This document shows positions 1 through 12,190 of a DNA stretch of 64,000 nt, one piece after another. Source of the stretch: Mobula hypostoma (lineage: Eukaryota). How positions within the stretch are numbered: the first letter of the stretch is position 1; the number at the start of each line of letters is the position of its first letter. The notes under the pieces were generated by a model. It made no database searches and was not told the origin of the DNA. It saw nothing but the letters and a program-made list of their open reading frames with translations. The stretch lies in contig NC_086097.1 of assembly GCF_963921235.1 (NCBI RefSeq), forward strand, positions 54,562,001-54,626,000. Direction: 5' to 3'. The position numbers were made by a program, and so were the translations under genes.

Positions 1-315
1 GCTGGACTTTGTTACCTTGTTATCAAAGTATTTAAGCATTGCTTATGCAACCTTTTCAATCATGATACTGCTCTGTTTGTACTGGAGTTGCTTCTGAAAT
101 AGTTTCCTCTTTGACGGAAGCAAACTGCTTAGTTTTAGTGTGAATACTTTGAAGTTTCAAAATTCTTGCATTTGCAAGTAAAAGCCTGATAATTTCTTCT
201 GAATCCCACTGTAAAATATTTTTGATGGAGCTCCTAAGTTACCATTTAAATAGGAAATAAATAGCCTCATTTTGGAGCAGTTAAATCTGTGTTAATAGAG
301 CAGTACTAACAAGTG

Positions 316-651
316 TTGGCACGTGGCCAAGTGGTTAAGGCGTTCGTCTCGTGATTTGAAAGTCGCTAGTTCGAGCCTTGGCTGAGGCAACGTGTGTGTC
401 CTTGAGCAAGGCACTTAACCACATATTGCTCTGCGACAACACCGGTGCCAAGCTGTATGGGTCCTAATGCCCTTCCCTTGGACAACATCAGTGTCGTGGC
501 GAGGGGAGACTTACAACAAGGGCAACTGCTGGTCTTCCAAACAACCTTGCCCATGTTGCAAGTCTCCCCTCTCCATGCCACTGCCACCCTTGTTGTCCAA
601 GGGAAGGGCATTCCATGGTCTCATGAGACTAACGGATGCCTATTATTATTA
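316..651 (+). mobile_element. tRNA-derived SINE with CORE-like motif and internal inverted repeat
   Basis: Pol III A-box TGGCCAAGTGG 324-334, B-box GTTCGAGCC 369-377, GTGTCCTTGAGCAAGGCACTTAACC motif, (TAT)n tail, 8-bp TSD AACAAGTG at 308-315 and 652-659. Confidence 0.88.
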
Positions 652-699
652 AACAAGTGATCATAACTCAGTTAGTGTGGGTGGAAGTCTAGTACTGGA

Positions 700-2290
700 T
701 GATGAACATGGTCAGGCACCTGGTCTCAGCGAGTGAGTATTTTTGACATAGTTATCACAACTCCCTAATCTTTAGCATCAGTATGTAAAAGGATAGGCAC
801 AGACGATATGAGCAAGTATTTAACTGAGAGGGCTAATGACGATGGTATTAGGCAGGAACTTGGGAGCATAAACTGGGAACAGATGTTCTCAGGGAAATGC
901 ACAGCTGAAATGTGAAGGTTGTTTAGGGACATCTTCATGGGGTTCTATTTAGATTTGTCCCATTGAGAACAGGGAGAGGATAGTAGAGTAAAGGGACCAT
1001 GGTTGACAAGAGGTGGAACATTTAGTCAACAGGAGGAAAGTGTAATGAAAGTTTTGAAAACGAAGTCAGACAGTGCTGTTCAGAATTATAAGGTACCCAG
1101 GGAAGGGCTTAAAAAGGGACTTAAGAGAGCTAGAAGGGGACATGAGAAGGTTTTATCAAGTAGGACTAAGGAAAACCCCAAGGTTTTCTACACATATATG
1201 AAGAACAGGAGATGACGAGAGTAAGGTTAGGGCTTATGAGCAATAATGGGGATATGTGCCTGATGGTGAAGGAGGTAGGGGGAGGTCCTTAATGCATACC
1301 TTTCTTCAGTGTTTACCAATGAGAGGTACTTTGACAAATGTGAGTTAATACAGAATAGGGTACTGTCTTGGAGCATGTTGAGGTTAAGAAATTTTTGGAG
1401 GTCTTGAAAAAAATTAGAATAATTAAGTCCCTAGGGCTGAATGGAGTATACCTTAGGTTGCTACGTGAAGCGAGGGTCAAGATTGCTGGGATATTGGCAA
1501 TAATACTTGAATCCTGTCTTCCCACTGGAATAGTGCAAGGATTGGAGGATTACAAATGTGTTCTGTTATTCAAGAAAGGCAATGGGGAAAATTCTGGGAA
1601 TTATTGACCAACGAGTCTATTCAGTGGTGGGCAAGCTATTGGTGAGCATTCTTAAGGACAGGATTTACGAACATTTGGAGAAGTGTAATCTTATTAGGAT
1701 AGTCAGTGTGACTTTATGATGGGCAGGTTGTGCCTTTCAAGCCTAACTGAGGAAGTGACAAAACAAATTGATAGAGATAGAGTGGTGGATGTGGTATGCA
1801 TGTATTTTCGTAAGCATTTGACAAGTTCCCTTTGACAGCTGCATCCATAAAGACAGGAGGCATGGGATCAATGGGATGGAAACTTGGTTGTCTGGATTCC
1901 AAATTACTTTGTTCACAAAGCTGGAGGGTGGTGGTAGATGGTGGGTATTGTACCAGTAGGTCAGTGACTAGTGGTGTTCCACAGGGATCTGTTCTGGGAC
2001 CCCTGTTCTTTGTGATTTTTTTAAATTGACTTGGATGAGGAAGTGGAAAAGTAGGTTAGTAAGTATTCTGATGACATGAAGGTTGGAGGTGTTGTGGATA
2101 GTATAGAAGATTGCCATAGGTTTCAATGGTTTATAGATAATATGCATAATTGAGCAGAGAAATGGCAGTTAGAGTTGAATCTAGAAAAGAAAACTTGACA
2201 GCAGAGTACAAAGTTGGTAGCAGGATTCTTAGCAGCATAGAGGAACAATGGCATCCTGGGGTCCAAGTCCATAGATCCCTCAAAGAGGTT
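700..2290 (+). mobile_element. Old CR1 LINE ORF2 remnant
   Basis: Disrupted peptides KENPKVFY, LFKKG..GNY and [19 protein letters not shown]; many stops and frameshifts. Confidence 0.85.
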
Positions 2291-3110
2291 GATAAATATT
2301 AAATTTAAGTTACCATTTAGATTTATTTAGTTGCTTGTTTAGTTGTATTAAAATATATTTTTCAAAAATATCTGTTAATTGATAATGGCCTTTATTCTGG
2401 AAAATCAATTGAAAGTCATTAAAATGTGCTAATACACAGTACACACCGAGTTATTCAGCATTGGTCTTCATAGTTAAATATTAAATTGTGCAAAGATGAT
2501 GTACTTCAAGTAATGCGAGATGGATACAAGATACTTTGTAACTTATTTTTGAGAAAAGCATCTTGCCAATATTACTCCTTCAGCCAGTTCTGCCTCAACA
2601 GATTTACTAGTACTTCATACCTTTATGTTCTGTGGGTGTTCAGAGTATACACACTGGGCTGCTTTGATTGCTTGTCAAACGATGTGTTTCCAAATTCCAT
2701 GTAAAAGAGACAAAATTCTTATTTAATATACCTTTTGATTATAACATTTATTTAACATTCATAAAACCCAATATCTAGAAATTTAATTGATTTTTATGTT
2801 GTTTCAGTAAATAATTTGCAGTCAAAGATACTATTGCATTGGTTCTTAAATTGAAGTAGGTATTTATTATATACCTGGCATCTTTATGTATCTATAAAAA
2901 TATCTGACCAGATCAATGTGAAACCTAATGCATGATTCCTTAACTGATTTGAACAAGAGAAACCAGGAATTTTTCTATTGAGACCTGAAATAAATATTAT
3001 TAAATAATGTTTAATTAGTACATGTTGACTAAATGAAAGCATTAATTTTAGATTGTACAAGTGTAATGTCATTTTGCAGTTTTAATTAGAATTGTTTGCT
3101 TTTCTCTTAG

Positions 3111-3229
3111 GCTTTTACAGAAACACAGAAGAAAAGATTATTGTCTTGGAAACAGCAGGTTCAGAAGCTCTTTAGATCTTTCCCCCGGAAATCTCTCTTG
3201 GATATGCCAGGCTATCGACAGCAAAGAAA
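3111..3229 (+). CDS. SAMD4A: SAMD4A (Smaug homolog 1) internal coding exon: [39 protein letters not shown]
   Basis: Acceptor tttctcttAG, donor GTatgc at 3230; 119 nt, phase 0 to 2. Manual translation matches my recollection of the vertebrate SAMD4A C-terminal region and splices in frame to the next exon. Confidence 0.95.
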
Positions 3230-3721
3230 GTATGCTTTAATATTTATCTTGTCAATTCTGAACTTTTCTGAATTATTTTAAATTTATTTTGATTTCTAAG
3301 AATGTATTTTATCTCATTAAATTGTGGAACAAGTGAAAAACTAAATGATAAGTTTCCATCTCCTTAGTTTTGCAAGAATTTATACGGATAATTTAAACTT
3401 GATTTTAAAAACGTCACTCAAGCAATATTCAGTTTCTTGCTGTTTCTAATTGCTTTTCCATATATAATGTTTGTGAACAGTCTTGGATAAATACTACTTA
3501 ATCTACTATTGCCTATAACCTCATTACCTTGCATATCTCTTGCTCAACAAATACAAGCAAGCGATGAGACAAATCCCGATTGAGTAACACAGAAGAGCAT
3601 ACTGGAAAAAACACTGGGAGTGCTTGAAAATGAGGTGGCAACCGAACAGAGCAGCAGCACAGTACTACTTGTTTGCCAAGTACCATGTAGTAGTTAGAGC
3701 TCAGTGATCCCACAACCATTG

Positions 3722-4760
3722 GATTAGATTAAAGCTTCCCTCAACCACATCTCTTCTGTTTCATGCATGTCAGCTCTTACCCCATTCTTCCACCACCCTA
3801 TCAGAGACAGGGTTCCTCTTGTCCTCACCTACTACCTCACCAATCTTCACATCCAGCACATAATTCTCCGAAACTTCTGCCACCTCCAACAGGATCCCAC
3901 CACTGAGCACATCTCCCCCGGCTTTTTGCTTTCCGCAGGGATAGCTCCCTACGCAACTCCCTTGTCCATTCATCCCTCCCCACTGATCTCCCTCTGGGCA
4001 CTTATCCTTGCAAGCAGAACGAGTGCTACACCTGCCCCTACACCACCTCCCTCACTACCATTCAGGGCCTAAACAGTCCTTCTAGGTGAGGCGACACTTC
4101 ACCTGTGAGTCTGTTGGGGTCATTTACTGTATTCGGTGCTCCAGGTGTGGCCTCCTGTTTATTGTTGAGACCACTGGGAGATCCCGCTTGTTCTGGTAGA
4201 TGCTCAGCGAAGTGGTCTCCCAAACTACGTCAGCTCTCGCCGATGTACAGGAGGATAATTATCTCCCAGTGGACATCCATTTTAATTCCACTTCCCATTT
4301 CCATTGTACCTCCACTGTCATGATGAAGCCACGTTAGGTTGGAGGAACAACACCTTGTATTCAGCCTGAGTAGCTTCCAATCTGATGGCGTGAACGCAGA
4401 TTTCTTGAACTTCCAGTAATGCCCCCCACCCCCCTTCACCATTCCCGATCCCCTTTTCCCTCTCTCACCTTATCTCCTTGCCTGCCCAACACTTCCCTCT
4501 GGTGCTCCTCCCTTTTTTTTCTTTCTTCCATAGTCTTCTACCTCTTTCACTAATCAACTTCCCAGCTCTTTACTTCATCCCTTCCCCTCCAGGTTTCACC
4601 CATCACCTGATATTTCTCACTCCCCTCTTCTCCCCCCCCCCCCAAATTTTAAATCTACTCCTCAGCTTCTTTTTCTCCAGTCCTGTGGAAACGTCTACTG
4701 TGCTTTTTCCATAGATGCTGCCTAGCCTGCTGAGTTCCTCCAGCAATTTTTGTGTGTTGC
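3722..4760 (+). mobile_element. Penelope-like retroelement 3' part (GIY-YIG remnant plus pyrimidine-rich pseudo-LTR), degenerate hammerhead
   Basis: RDRVPLVLTY..LHIQHIILRNF peptide; homologous to the copies at 34.5, 50.5 and 55.4 kb; shares the tail GATGCTGCCT.GCCTGCTG.GTTC. Confidence 0.85.
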
Positions 4761-5052
4761 AAGGTCCTCCATCTGTCTGTCCATACCGTAGCACACAGAC
4801 ATAGAAGGATTCTACATTGCTGTTTCTGTAGCAGTTTTTTTGACCAGTCAGGGTTGTTAGCCCTAAGCTTAACCCCCAAACCTGGAGGACCAGTGGATCA
4901 CTCTTAGTCTGGCCTCGACCTTTTGACCTGTTGGCATGAATGACCTGACCAAAAGCCAAAGCACAAGGCCCTAGCTCAAGCCAACATAGCTTTCTGGGTT
5001 ATTGAGGTATGCGAGCTTCTAAATCATGACAGGGTTGTGGTCCTCTTGGAGG
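4761..5052. mobile_element. Short non-autonomous repeat, possibly RTE-clade derived
   Basis: Motif GGGTTGTTAGCCC...AACCCCCAAACCTGGAGGACC resembles RTE-related ends by recall only; it is wedged between two other TEs. Confidence 0.4.
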
Positions 5053-5057
5053 CTTTC

Positions 5058-6640
5058 TTAGATAAGGGGCCCCAGACCTTCTCACAACATTCCAAATGCT
5101 ATAGCATTACACCTTTGATTTTATATTTGAGTCCTCTCGAAATGAATGCTAACATTGCATTTGCCTTCCTTCCCACCAATTCAACCTGCGACATAACCTT
5201 TAGGGAATCAAGTAATGGAACTGAATTCTGATTTCTCTGATTTCTGAATTTGCTCCCCTTTTAGAAAATACCCAAAATATATTACCATACACTTCCCTAC
5301 ACTATATTCCACCTGCCACTTGTTTGCCCATTCACCTAATCTGTCTAAGTTCTTCTGCATGCTCCCCTCTTCCTCAACATTACCTGACCCTCTACCTATC
5401 TCCGTATCAACTGCAAACCTGGCTACAAAGAGAAAAAATTCCTTCATCTAAATCGCTGACATATGACATGAAAAGAAGCAATTCCAGTACTGATCCCTGC
5501 GTAACACCACAAATCATTGGTAGCCAACCAGAAAATGGCCCCTTTATTCTCACTCTTTGCATAGAAATATAGAAAACCTACAGCACAATACAGGCCCTTC
5601 GGCCCACAAAGTTGTGTCGAACATGTCCCTACCTTTGAAATTGCTAGGCTTACCTATAGCCCTCTATTTTTCTAAGCTCCATGTACCTATTGAAAAGTCT
5701 CTTAAAAGACCCTTTCGTATCCGCCTCCACCACCGTTGCTGGCAGCCCGTTCCACGCACTCACCACTCTCTGAGTAAAAAAACTTACCCCTGACATCTCC
5801 TCTGTAACTACTCCCTAGCACTTTAACCTGTGTCCTCTTGTGACAACCATTTCAGCCCTGGGAAAAAGCCTCTGACTATCCACACAATCAATGCCTCTCA
5901 TCATCTTACACACCTCTATCAGGTCACCTCTCATCCTCCGTCGCTCCGAGGAGAAAAGGCCAGATAGCTAATCTTCTGTACACACTAGTATCTTTCCTGT
6001 AATACCATGGTCTCTTGTCTTATCAAGCAATCTCATATGTGGATATGTGGCATCTTGTCAAAGGCTTTCAGAAAATTCAAGTAAACAACATCCACAGACT
6101 CTCTTTTGTCTATCCTGCCTGTTTTTTCCTCAAAGAATTCCAACAGATTTGTCAGGCAAGATTTCACCTTAAAGAAACTATGCTGACTTTGGCCTATTTT
6201 ATCATGTGCCTCCAAGTACCCCAAAATCTTATTCTTAGTAATGGACTCCCACATCTTACCAGCCACTGAAGTCAGGCTAACTGGCCTACAAGTTCCTGTC
6301 TTTTGCCTCCCCCTCTTAAAGAGTAGAGTGACATTTTCAATTTTCCAGTCTTCTAGAATCATTCTAGAATCTTGATTCTTGAAAGATCAGATTAGTGCAT
6401 CCACAGTCTCTTCAAACACCTCTTTTAACCTGGGGTGTAGTCCATCTGGTCCAGGTGACTTACCTACCTTCAGACCTTTCAGCTTCCCAAATACCTTCTT
6501 AGTAATTGTGATTACACTCTCTTCCATTACCTGACACGCTCGTATTTCTGGCATATTGTTAGTATTTTCCACAGTGAAAACTGGTGCAAAATACTTACTG
6601 ATTTTATCCGACATTTCTTTGTCACCCATTACTACCTCTT
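5058..6640 (-). mobile_element. CR1 LINE ORF2 fragments with a nested younger CR1 3' end (~5560-5961)
   Basis: Minus-strand ORFs with KSPGPDGLHPR, RPVSLTSV and [12 protein letters not shown]. The nested piece has the same 3' tail as the copy at 44283. Confidence 0.88.
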
Positions 6641-6759
6641 CAGTCCTGTAATGGAACTAGTGTAGCTATATATTTGATGGTTAGTATAGACATGGTGGGC
6701 TGAAAGGTCAGAAGTGGAGATGTGTTTCCCAGAATTGTGAGACAATGACCACCAACAAC

Positions 6760-7400
6760 AAAAGTATGTCTAATACCTATCCTTGACATTCAATGGCAAC
6801 GCCATGGCTGTGTCTCCCATTATCAACACCCAAGAGGAAATGCACAGTTAAACAAGTCACACTGACTGCGCTGGGTATCTTGCCATCCTGAAGCACTCAT
6901 GTTGTTACGACAGAATCAGGTACATGTTGAATATTCTCCACTTGTCTGGATAAATGTAGTTCCAAAAGAGTTCAAGAAAGTCAGCAACATCTGAGATAAA
7001 ACATCCCATCTATAGGCACACATCCAGAACCCTAAATGTTCTTCTCTTCACCAATGATGTTCTCTGACTGCAGTATGTATTTACAAAAAGCATGGTAATT
7101 ACTGATCTTTGCTTCTCTGACAATAAACTCAGTTTCATTTTACCAAGGACAAAAACAATGATCACTTGAAAAAAAATCAAAACTCATATGCTTTCCTCTA
7201 AGTTGCACACCATCTTGATTTGGAATTATTTTATATTCCTTCATCACCACATCTAAGTTGAATAATACCCAACCCATTAAAATTATGAGAGTATCTTCTC
7301 AGAAGGTCTACTCTGTTTCAAGGGTTATGAATTACCAACAACTCTGAGGGCAACTGGGGACAGTCAAATGGATATCTTGTCAGATAGGTCATCCCAAAGT
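6760..7400 (+). mobile_element. Highly degenerate LINE-like 3' fragment
   Basis: Resembles ancient CR1/L2-group repeats by recall (CCTTGACATTCAATGGCA...); no intact ORF. Confidence 0.4.
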
Positions 7401-8339
7401 TATGACAGACATCCATTCTTGTGGAATTGTTCATAACACAAACTGTTTGCAAGTCATTAATGCAGCTGTTAGCTGCACTCCCAAATGGAGAAGATGCCTG
7501 CAGCCACACAGGGCGTTCCACATTCATAGAAACATAGAAAACCTAGAGCTTATCCCCCAGTCTTCCAGATGTTTACTTGCATGTATGGGTTACTTATAAG
7601 TTGGGCAGTTGTAAACTGGGATGTACCTGCATATAAAAAATAATTGGTGAATCAGACAAGAATTTAAAATCAATTATCATTGTTATGGCATTGCTATCTC
7701 TTAATTAGGGTACATTTCACTTTTTCCATTGTAGCATAATCAAGGATTACGAAAACCTTGTTTGATAAACTTAAGATCATTAATACTTACATTGAAGTAT
7801 GTGCAAAATATAAATTCAATTAGTCTTTAAAGGCTGACTTTTTGGGAAATGTGCACATCTAGGAGTAGAACAAATTTTAAATACCACTGTATTGATTGAT
7901 TTTCATAACTACAGCATTTCTGTGGGGCTATGTTGAGGGTAGGTCAAATGTAGTCAAATATCTACAGTAAATTGTTCTTTCTGAAAATGTAACATGACTT
8001 AAAATTCAATCTTTCTCAAATGTTCTGGACGTGTACTCTATATTTTCTCATGTTTTTGCCCTATAAACAAAAGGTAAATACTGTTCGTATTTATTATTAG
8101 AGAGCAATATGTAAAAATTGATCGTAGGTGTGTGTCCATTTCCAAGAATCCCTCTCCCCTTTTTATAATAGTCCATCAATTTCTGGAAGGAAATCTGTGC
8201 ACCAAATTCATTGAATAATGTATTTGGTGCACAGATAAGGTTAGGACATGTTCAGCACAGCTTTGGGGGCTGAAGGGCCTGTATTGTGCTATAGGTTTTC
8301 TATGTTTCTATGAATGTGGAGCGCCCTGTTGTAAATCTA

Positions 8340-8590
8340 TATCCTAACTTTGCAGCCACAGAGCCCAAAATGTTAAGCCCAAATTGGTGACTAGCAATGC
8401 AACCCCTTCCTTGAATACCTTCCCCTCTATCATGTCTAAATTATCAGAGCCCTGGAACATTGAGCTGCCAGTCCTGCCTCTCCCACAGCCAAGTCTGACT
8501 AAGGCTACAACATCGTAATTCCACGTGCTTGCCCATGCTCTTAAGTTCATCTGTCTTACCTATAATGCTCCCTGAATTGAAATATATGCA
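8340..8590 (-). mobile_element. CR1 endonuclease N-terminal fragment
   Basis: ORF 8344..8550 LRAWASTWNYDVVA matches the start of the CR1 ORF at 46603. Confidence 0.8.
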
Positions 8591-8778
8591 ACTCAGAACA
8601 TTTGTCCCACCACGCTCAGCCGAGGTTTAGACTATCCTTTTCTTTATATACAGTCTTGCCAAACTTCCATTCATAGTAGGATTGTTTCCCAGCTCAAAGT
8701 TCAAATGTATTTATGTACGTACATCATATACAACCTTGAGATTAATCTTCATGCAGGCACTCATAAAATAATTTAACA

Positions 8779-9059
8779 CAGTGGTCCCCAACCTCCGGGA
8801 CGCACCCAGCACATCTTTAAGAAAAAAAGCTGAAATAAACAAGCTAATTAATTAGGTGCCGCCCGGCACATAAATGCCAGCCCAGATCAGAGGCGATTGC
8901 CGATTGCGTTGCCTCTGATCTGGGCCGACATTTATGTGCCGGGTAGCACCTAATTAATTAGCTTGTTTATTTCAGCTTTTTTCTTAAAGATGTGCTGGGT
9001 GCATCCCAGCTACCGCTGCGCCCCTGCATGCTTTGTGGCCCGGAGGATGGGGACCACTG
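8779..9059. mobile_element. Palindromic hAT (Charlie-like) MITE
   Basis: TIRs CAGTGGTCCCC...GGGGACCACTG; perfect 8-bp TSD ATTTAACA at 8771-8778 and 9060-9067; long internal inverted repeat. Inserted in a Rex1-type tail (~8693-9315, minus). Confidence 0.92.
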
Positions 9060-9977
9060 ATTTAACACAAAAGAATTCACTGAAAACATACAAGAAGACT
9101 GGCACGTATCCAGTTTGCAAAAGAGGACAAATCACACAAATAGATTAAAAAAAAACAAAAACACATGGAACATGAACTCTGCAGAATCCCCAAAAGTGTG
9201 TCCACAGCTGAGGTGAGTGAAGCCCGTCCAGGAGCCCAGTGGCTACAGTTAAACAACTGCTCCTGAACTTGGTGATGTGGGACCCAAGATTCCTGTACCT
9301 CCTGCCTAACAGTAGTAGCAAGAAGACAGGGATTCTGGTCAAACACAGGCAGTTGTCTCTGAACTCCTGTTCGTTTTCTGCTCTCGTCCTTGATGATTTT
9401 AATCTTGCTCAATGCTTAATCAGTGTGGAGTGATGAAGCTGATCACAGGTTCGTATTCGGCTATCAGTCCTCGATGCAGCACCCACCCTGAAGGTGGCTG
9501 CACCTGCGTCCTTGAGAGTCTCGTTCACTGAATCCCCCAGGAGGTTGCAAAAGTGCCAGATGGTTTAGTCAGTTCAAAAGTACATCCTTAAAAGAAAAAT
9601 TACTTACAGGCTGCAGACTGCAATGATCGCAGTTCGAATACATATATCCAATAAAGTATGCAGTAGTTTTGTGAGCTGTCTGAAAAATGTTGCCGTTGGT
9701 CACTGGCGCCATTACCTTTCCTTTCCTACATAGATGCTGTAGCTGGTAAATGTTGTCAATGAAATAGTTGAATGAAACACAATATTTCGTGAAAATGGCT
9801 ATAGTCATTGATTATTCACCAATTGTTAGTTGTACAGTTTTAAACATCAAATAAAGATAAATGGCACACAACAATGTACATATCATGCATAAATGTATCC
9901 CTATCAGCTGTTTGTGGAATAGTTGATTGGGCTTTAATATAATTTTGTTTCATCAAAATCATTTCTTCCTTCCACAG

Positions 9978-10179
9978 CTGGGGCTTCAGTCAGTCTAACT
10001 CCCTACCAGCAGCTGGATCTGTGGGTGGAGGAATGGGTAGACGAACTCAACGTCAATTCCAGATGCCCCCTCGAAATCTACCCACTGCTCGTCTGGGTCT
10101 TGTGGGTCCAAGTGGACTCTTGGGTACTCCACAGCGCAGTGCAACAAGCAATCCAGCCATATTAAAACAAGGAAGGCAG
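9978..10179 (+). CDS. SAMD4A: SAMD4A internal coding exon: (N)[67 protein letters not shown]
   Basis: Acceptor cttccttccacAG, donor GTttgt at 10180; 202 nt, phase 2 to 0; open frame continuous with both neighbouring exons. Confidence 0.93.
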
Positions 10180-10261
10180 GTTTGTTGAAGTCTTTGTTTT
10201 CACCAAGAAGGTACTATACATGCAATAGTGTTAAATTAATCAGGTTAAGTAGATTTGCAAA

Positions 10262-10886
10262 TCATAGTCATAAAATAATACAGCACAGAAACAGGCCATT
10301 TGGCCCATCTAGTCCCTGCCAAACTATTGATTTGCTTACTTCCTTTCACCAGCACCTGGACCATAGCCCTCCCTACTCCTCCCATTCATGTACCTATCCA
10401 AATTTCTCTTAAATGTTGAAATCAAACTCGCATCCACTATTTCTCACTGGCAGCTCCAACCTGAGTGAAGAAGTTCCCCCTCATGTTGCCCTTAAACATT
10501 TCACCTTTCACCTTTAACCCATGACCTGTAGTTCTAGTCTCACCCAACCTCAATGGAAAAAGCCTGCTTGCATTTACCATATATATGCCCCCCAAAATTC
10601 TGTATATCTCTGTCAAATCTCCCCCATTCTCCTATGCTTCAGGGAATAAAGCCCTAGCCTCTTCAACCTTTGCCTGTCACTCAGGTCCCTAGGTCTTGGC
10701 AGCATTCTTGCAAATCTTCTCTGCACTCTTCCAATCTTACTCATATCTTTCCTGAAGGCAGGTAACCAGAACTAGACACAATACTCCAAACTGGGGCTCA
10801 TCAATGTCTTGTACATCTTCAACAAAACATCTCAGCTCATGTACTCAGTAATTTTATTTATGAAGGCCAATGTGCCAAAAGCGCTC
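10262..10886 (-). mobile_element. CR1 LINE 3' fragment
   Basis: Reverse complement carries PQFGVLC.VLV and FRV.GE.FKG-type CR1 C-terminal sequence plus a CR1 3' tail. Confidence 0.8.
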
Positions 10887-11246
10887 TTCTGGATTAAATC
10901 ATTTTCTCATTTTTCTGTTATCAGTAATTTAGTTGATTTTTGTTTTAAAGACCCACTGAGGCTTTTCCCCACCTTGGTGCCGAGAAATGCTTAATGAAAA
11001 TATAGAGAGAACTGAATCTGCTTCTGATAATGGGAAAACCATGAATGTTGTATACAATCAGTGTACAAAGGATTCATTCAGAAAGTCTGGATGTAATGAA
11101 TGGAACTTATAAGAATAGTAATTTCTGTGGCAGTTTGTACTGCCAGCATAGTAAGAACTTAGTGATATGTAATTAATGAGGTTCTCCTATATTAGAAATG
11201 GCATGTTTAAAATTATTTTGGTACATGTATGGTTATGCTTTCACAG

Positions 11247-11373
11247 AACCTTTGGTTTGCTAACCCTGGAGGAAGTAATAGTATGCCAAGCCGAACCCAT
11301 AGTTCTGTCCAACGTACACGCTCACTGCCTGTTCACACATCACCACAAACCATGTTGATGTTTCAGCAGCAAG
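11247..11373 (+). CDS. SAMD4A: SAMD4A internal coding exon: [42 protein letters not shown]
   Basis: Acceptor tttcacAG, donor GTgagt at 11374; 127 nt. Lies inside ORF 11229..11420 and is a highly recognisable SAMD4 motif. Confidence 0.96.
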
Positions 11374-12190
11374 GTGAGTCGAAGAGAAACATAAGTCAAT
11401 GTCTTTATTTAGGTGGGTAAAATTTAGCATCAGCTCTTAAATACTCTTGGAAAATATTATTCCTCAATTGTGACTCTGCATTCCTTTGAAATTGTGAAGA
11501 TAATTCTACCCTGCAAGGCCAGCATCTGCAGTGACTGGTTGGCTGAAGGCCAGAATATGCAGACGAGAATCAACTATGGCTGTACAAAGAAAAATGTATG
11601 ATGTTATTCAGATTACTAAATTGATTAAGCAGCAGGCATCGCTTGTGGAATCTGTATCTATAAATAACAGGGTGACTGTATCAGATCTTTAGTTAGCATT
11701 GTAGCATTGGCTCTATGTACAACTGAAATGTTATTGTGTCCATCTAAAACAAAATACTCCTTTTAAAATATTGTAGTATACCACATGCATCATGGAAGGT
11801 ATTATTGTCCTTAACTGAATAGTATGCTATGTAATAGATGATATTTTCCCTGAGCGGTAAATGCTTATAGATTGTCACCTTCTAAAATTTGTGTGTAGAA
11901 TAAGTAGAAGATTATAGAAAGAACTGCTTAAATACATTTCCTTCAAAATAAACAATAATTGCAAATAAGATTTTAATAGATTTTACAGTAGTGTGCAGCT
12001 TCATAAGAGGTATGATTTTTACTAAGGCAAAACATTTCCAATTTATGTTGCCATTAGAATTTCATTATTTTCACTCAAAAAAGGAAGTTTTATCTGACAG
12101 CTAGCTGAGATGTGTGGACCTGAGGGGTTTTGATACATAGTTTCAGTTGTTGGAAAGTTAGTAATTAGAGGGTATGAGCTAAAAAAAATA

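Noticed and set aside
316..390. Possible tRNA gene
   Set aside because: It has A and B boxes but no convincing cloverleaf, and continues into a SINE body with tail and TSD.
11229..11420. 63-aa ORF as a stand-alone gene
   Set aside because: Only 11247-11373 is coding; it is a spliced SAMD4A exon with intronic flanks.
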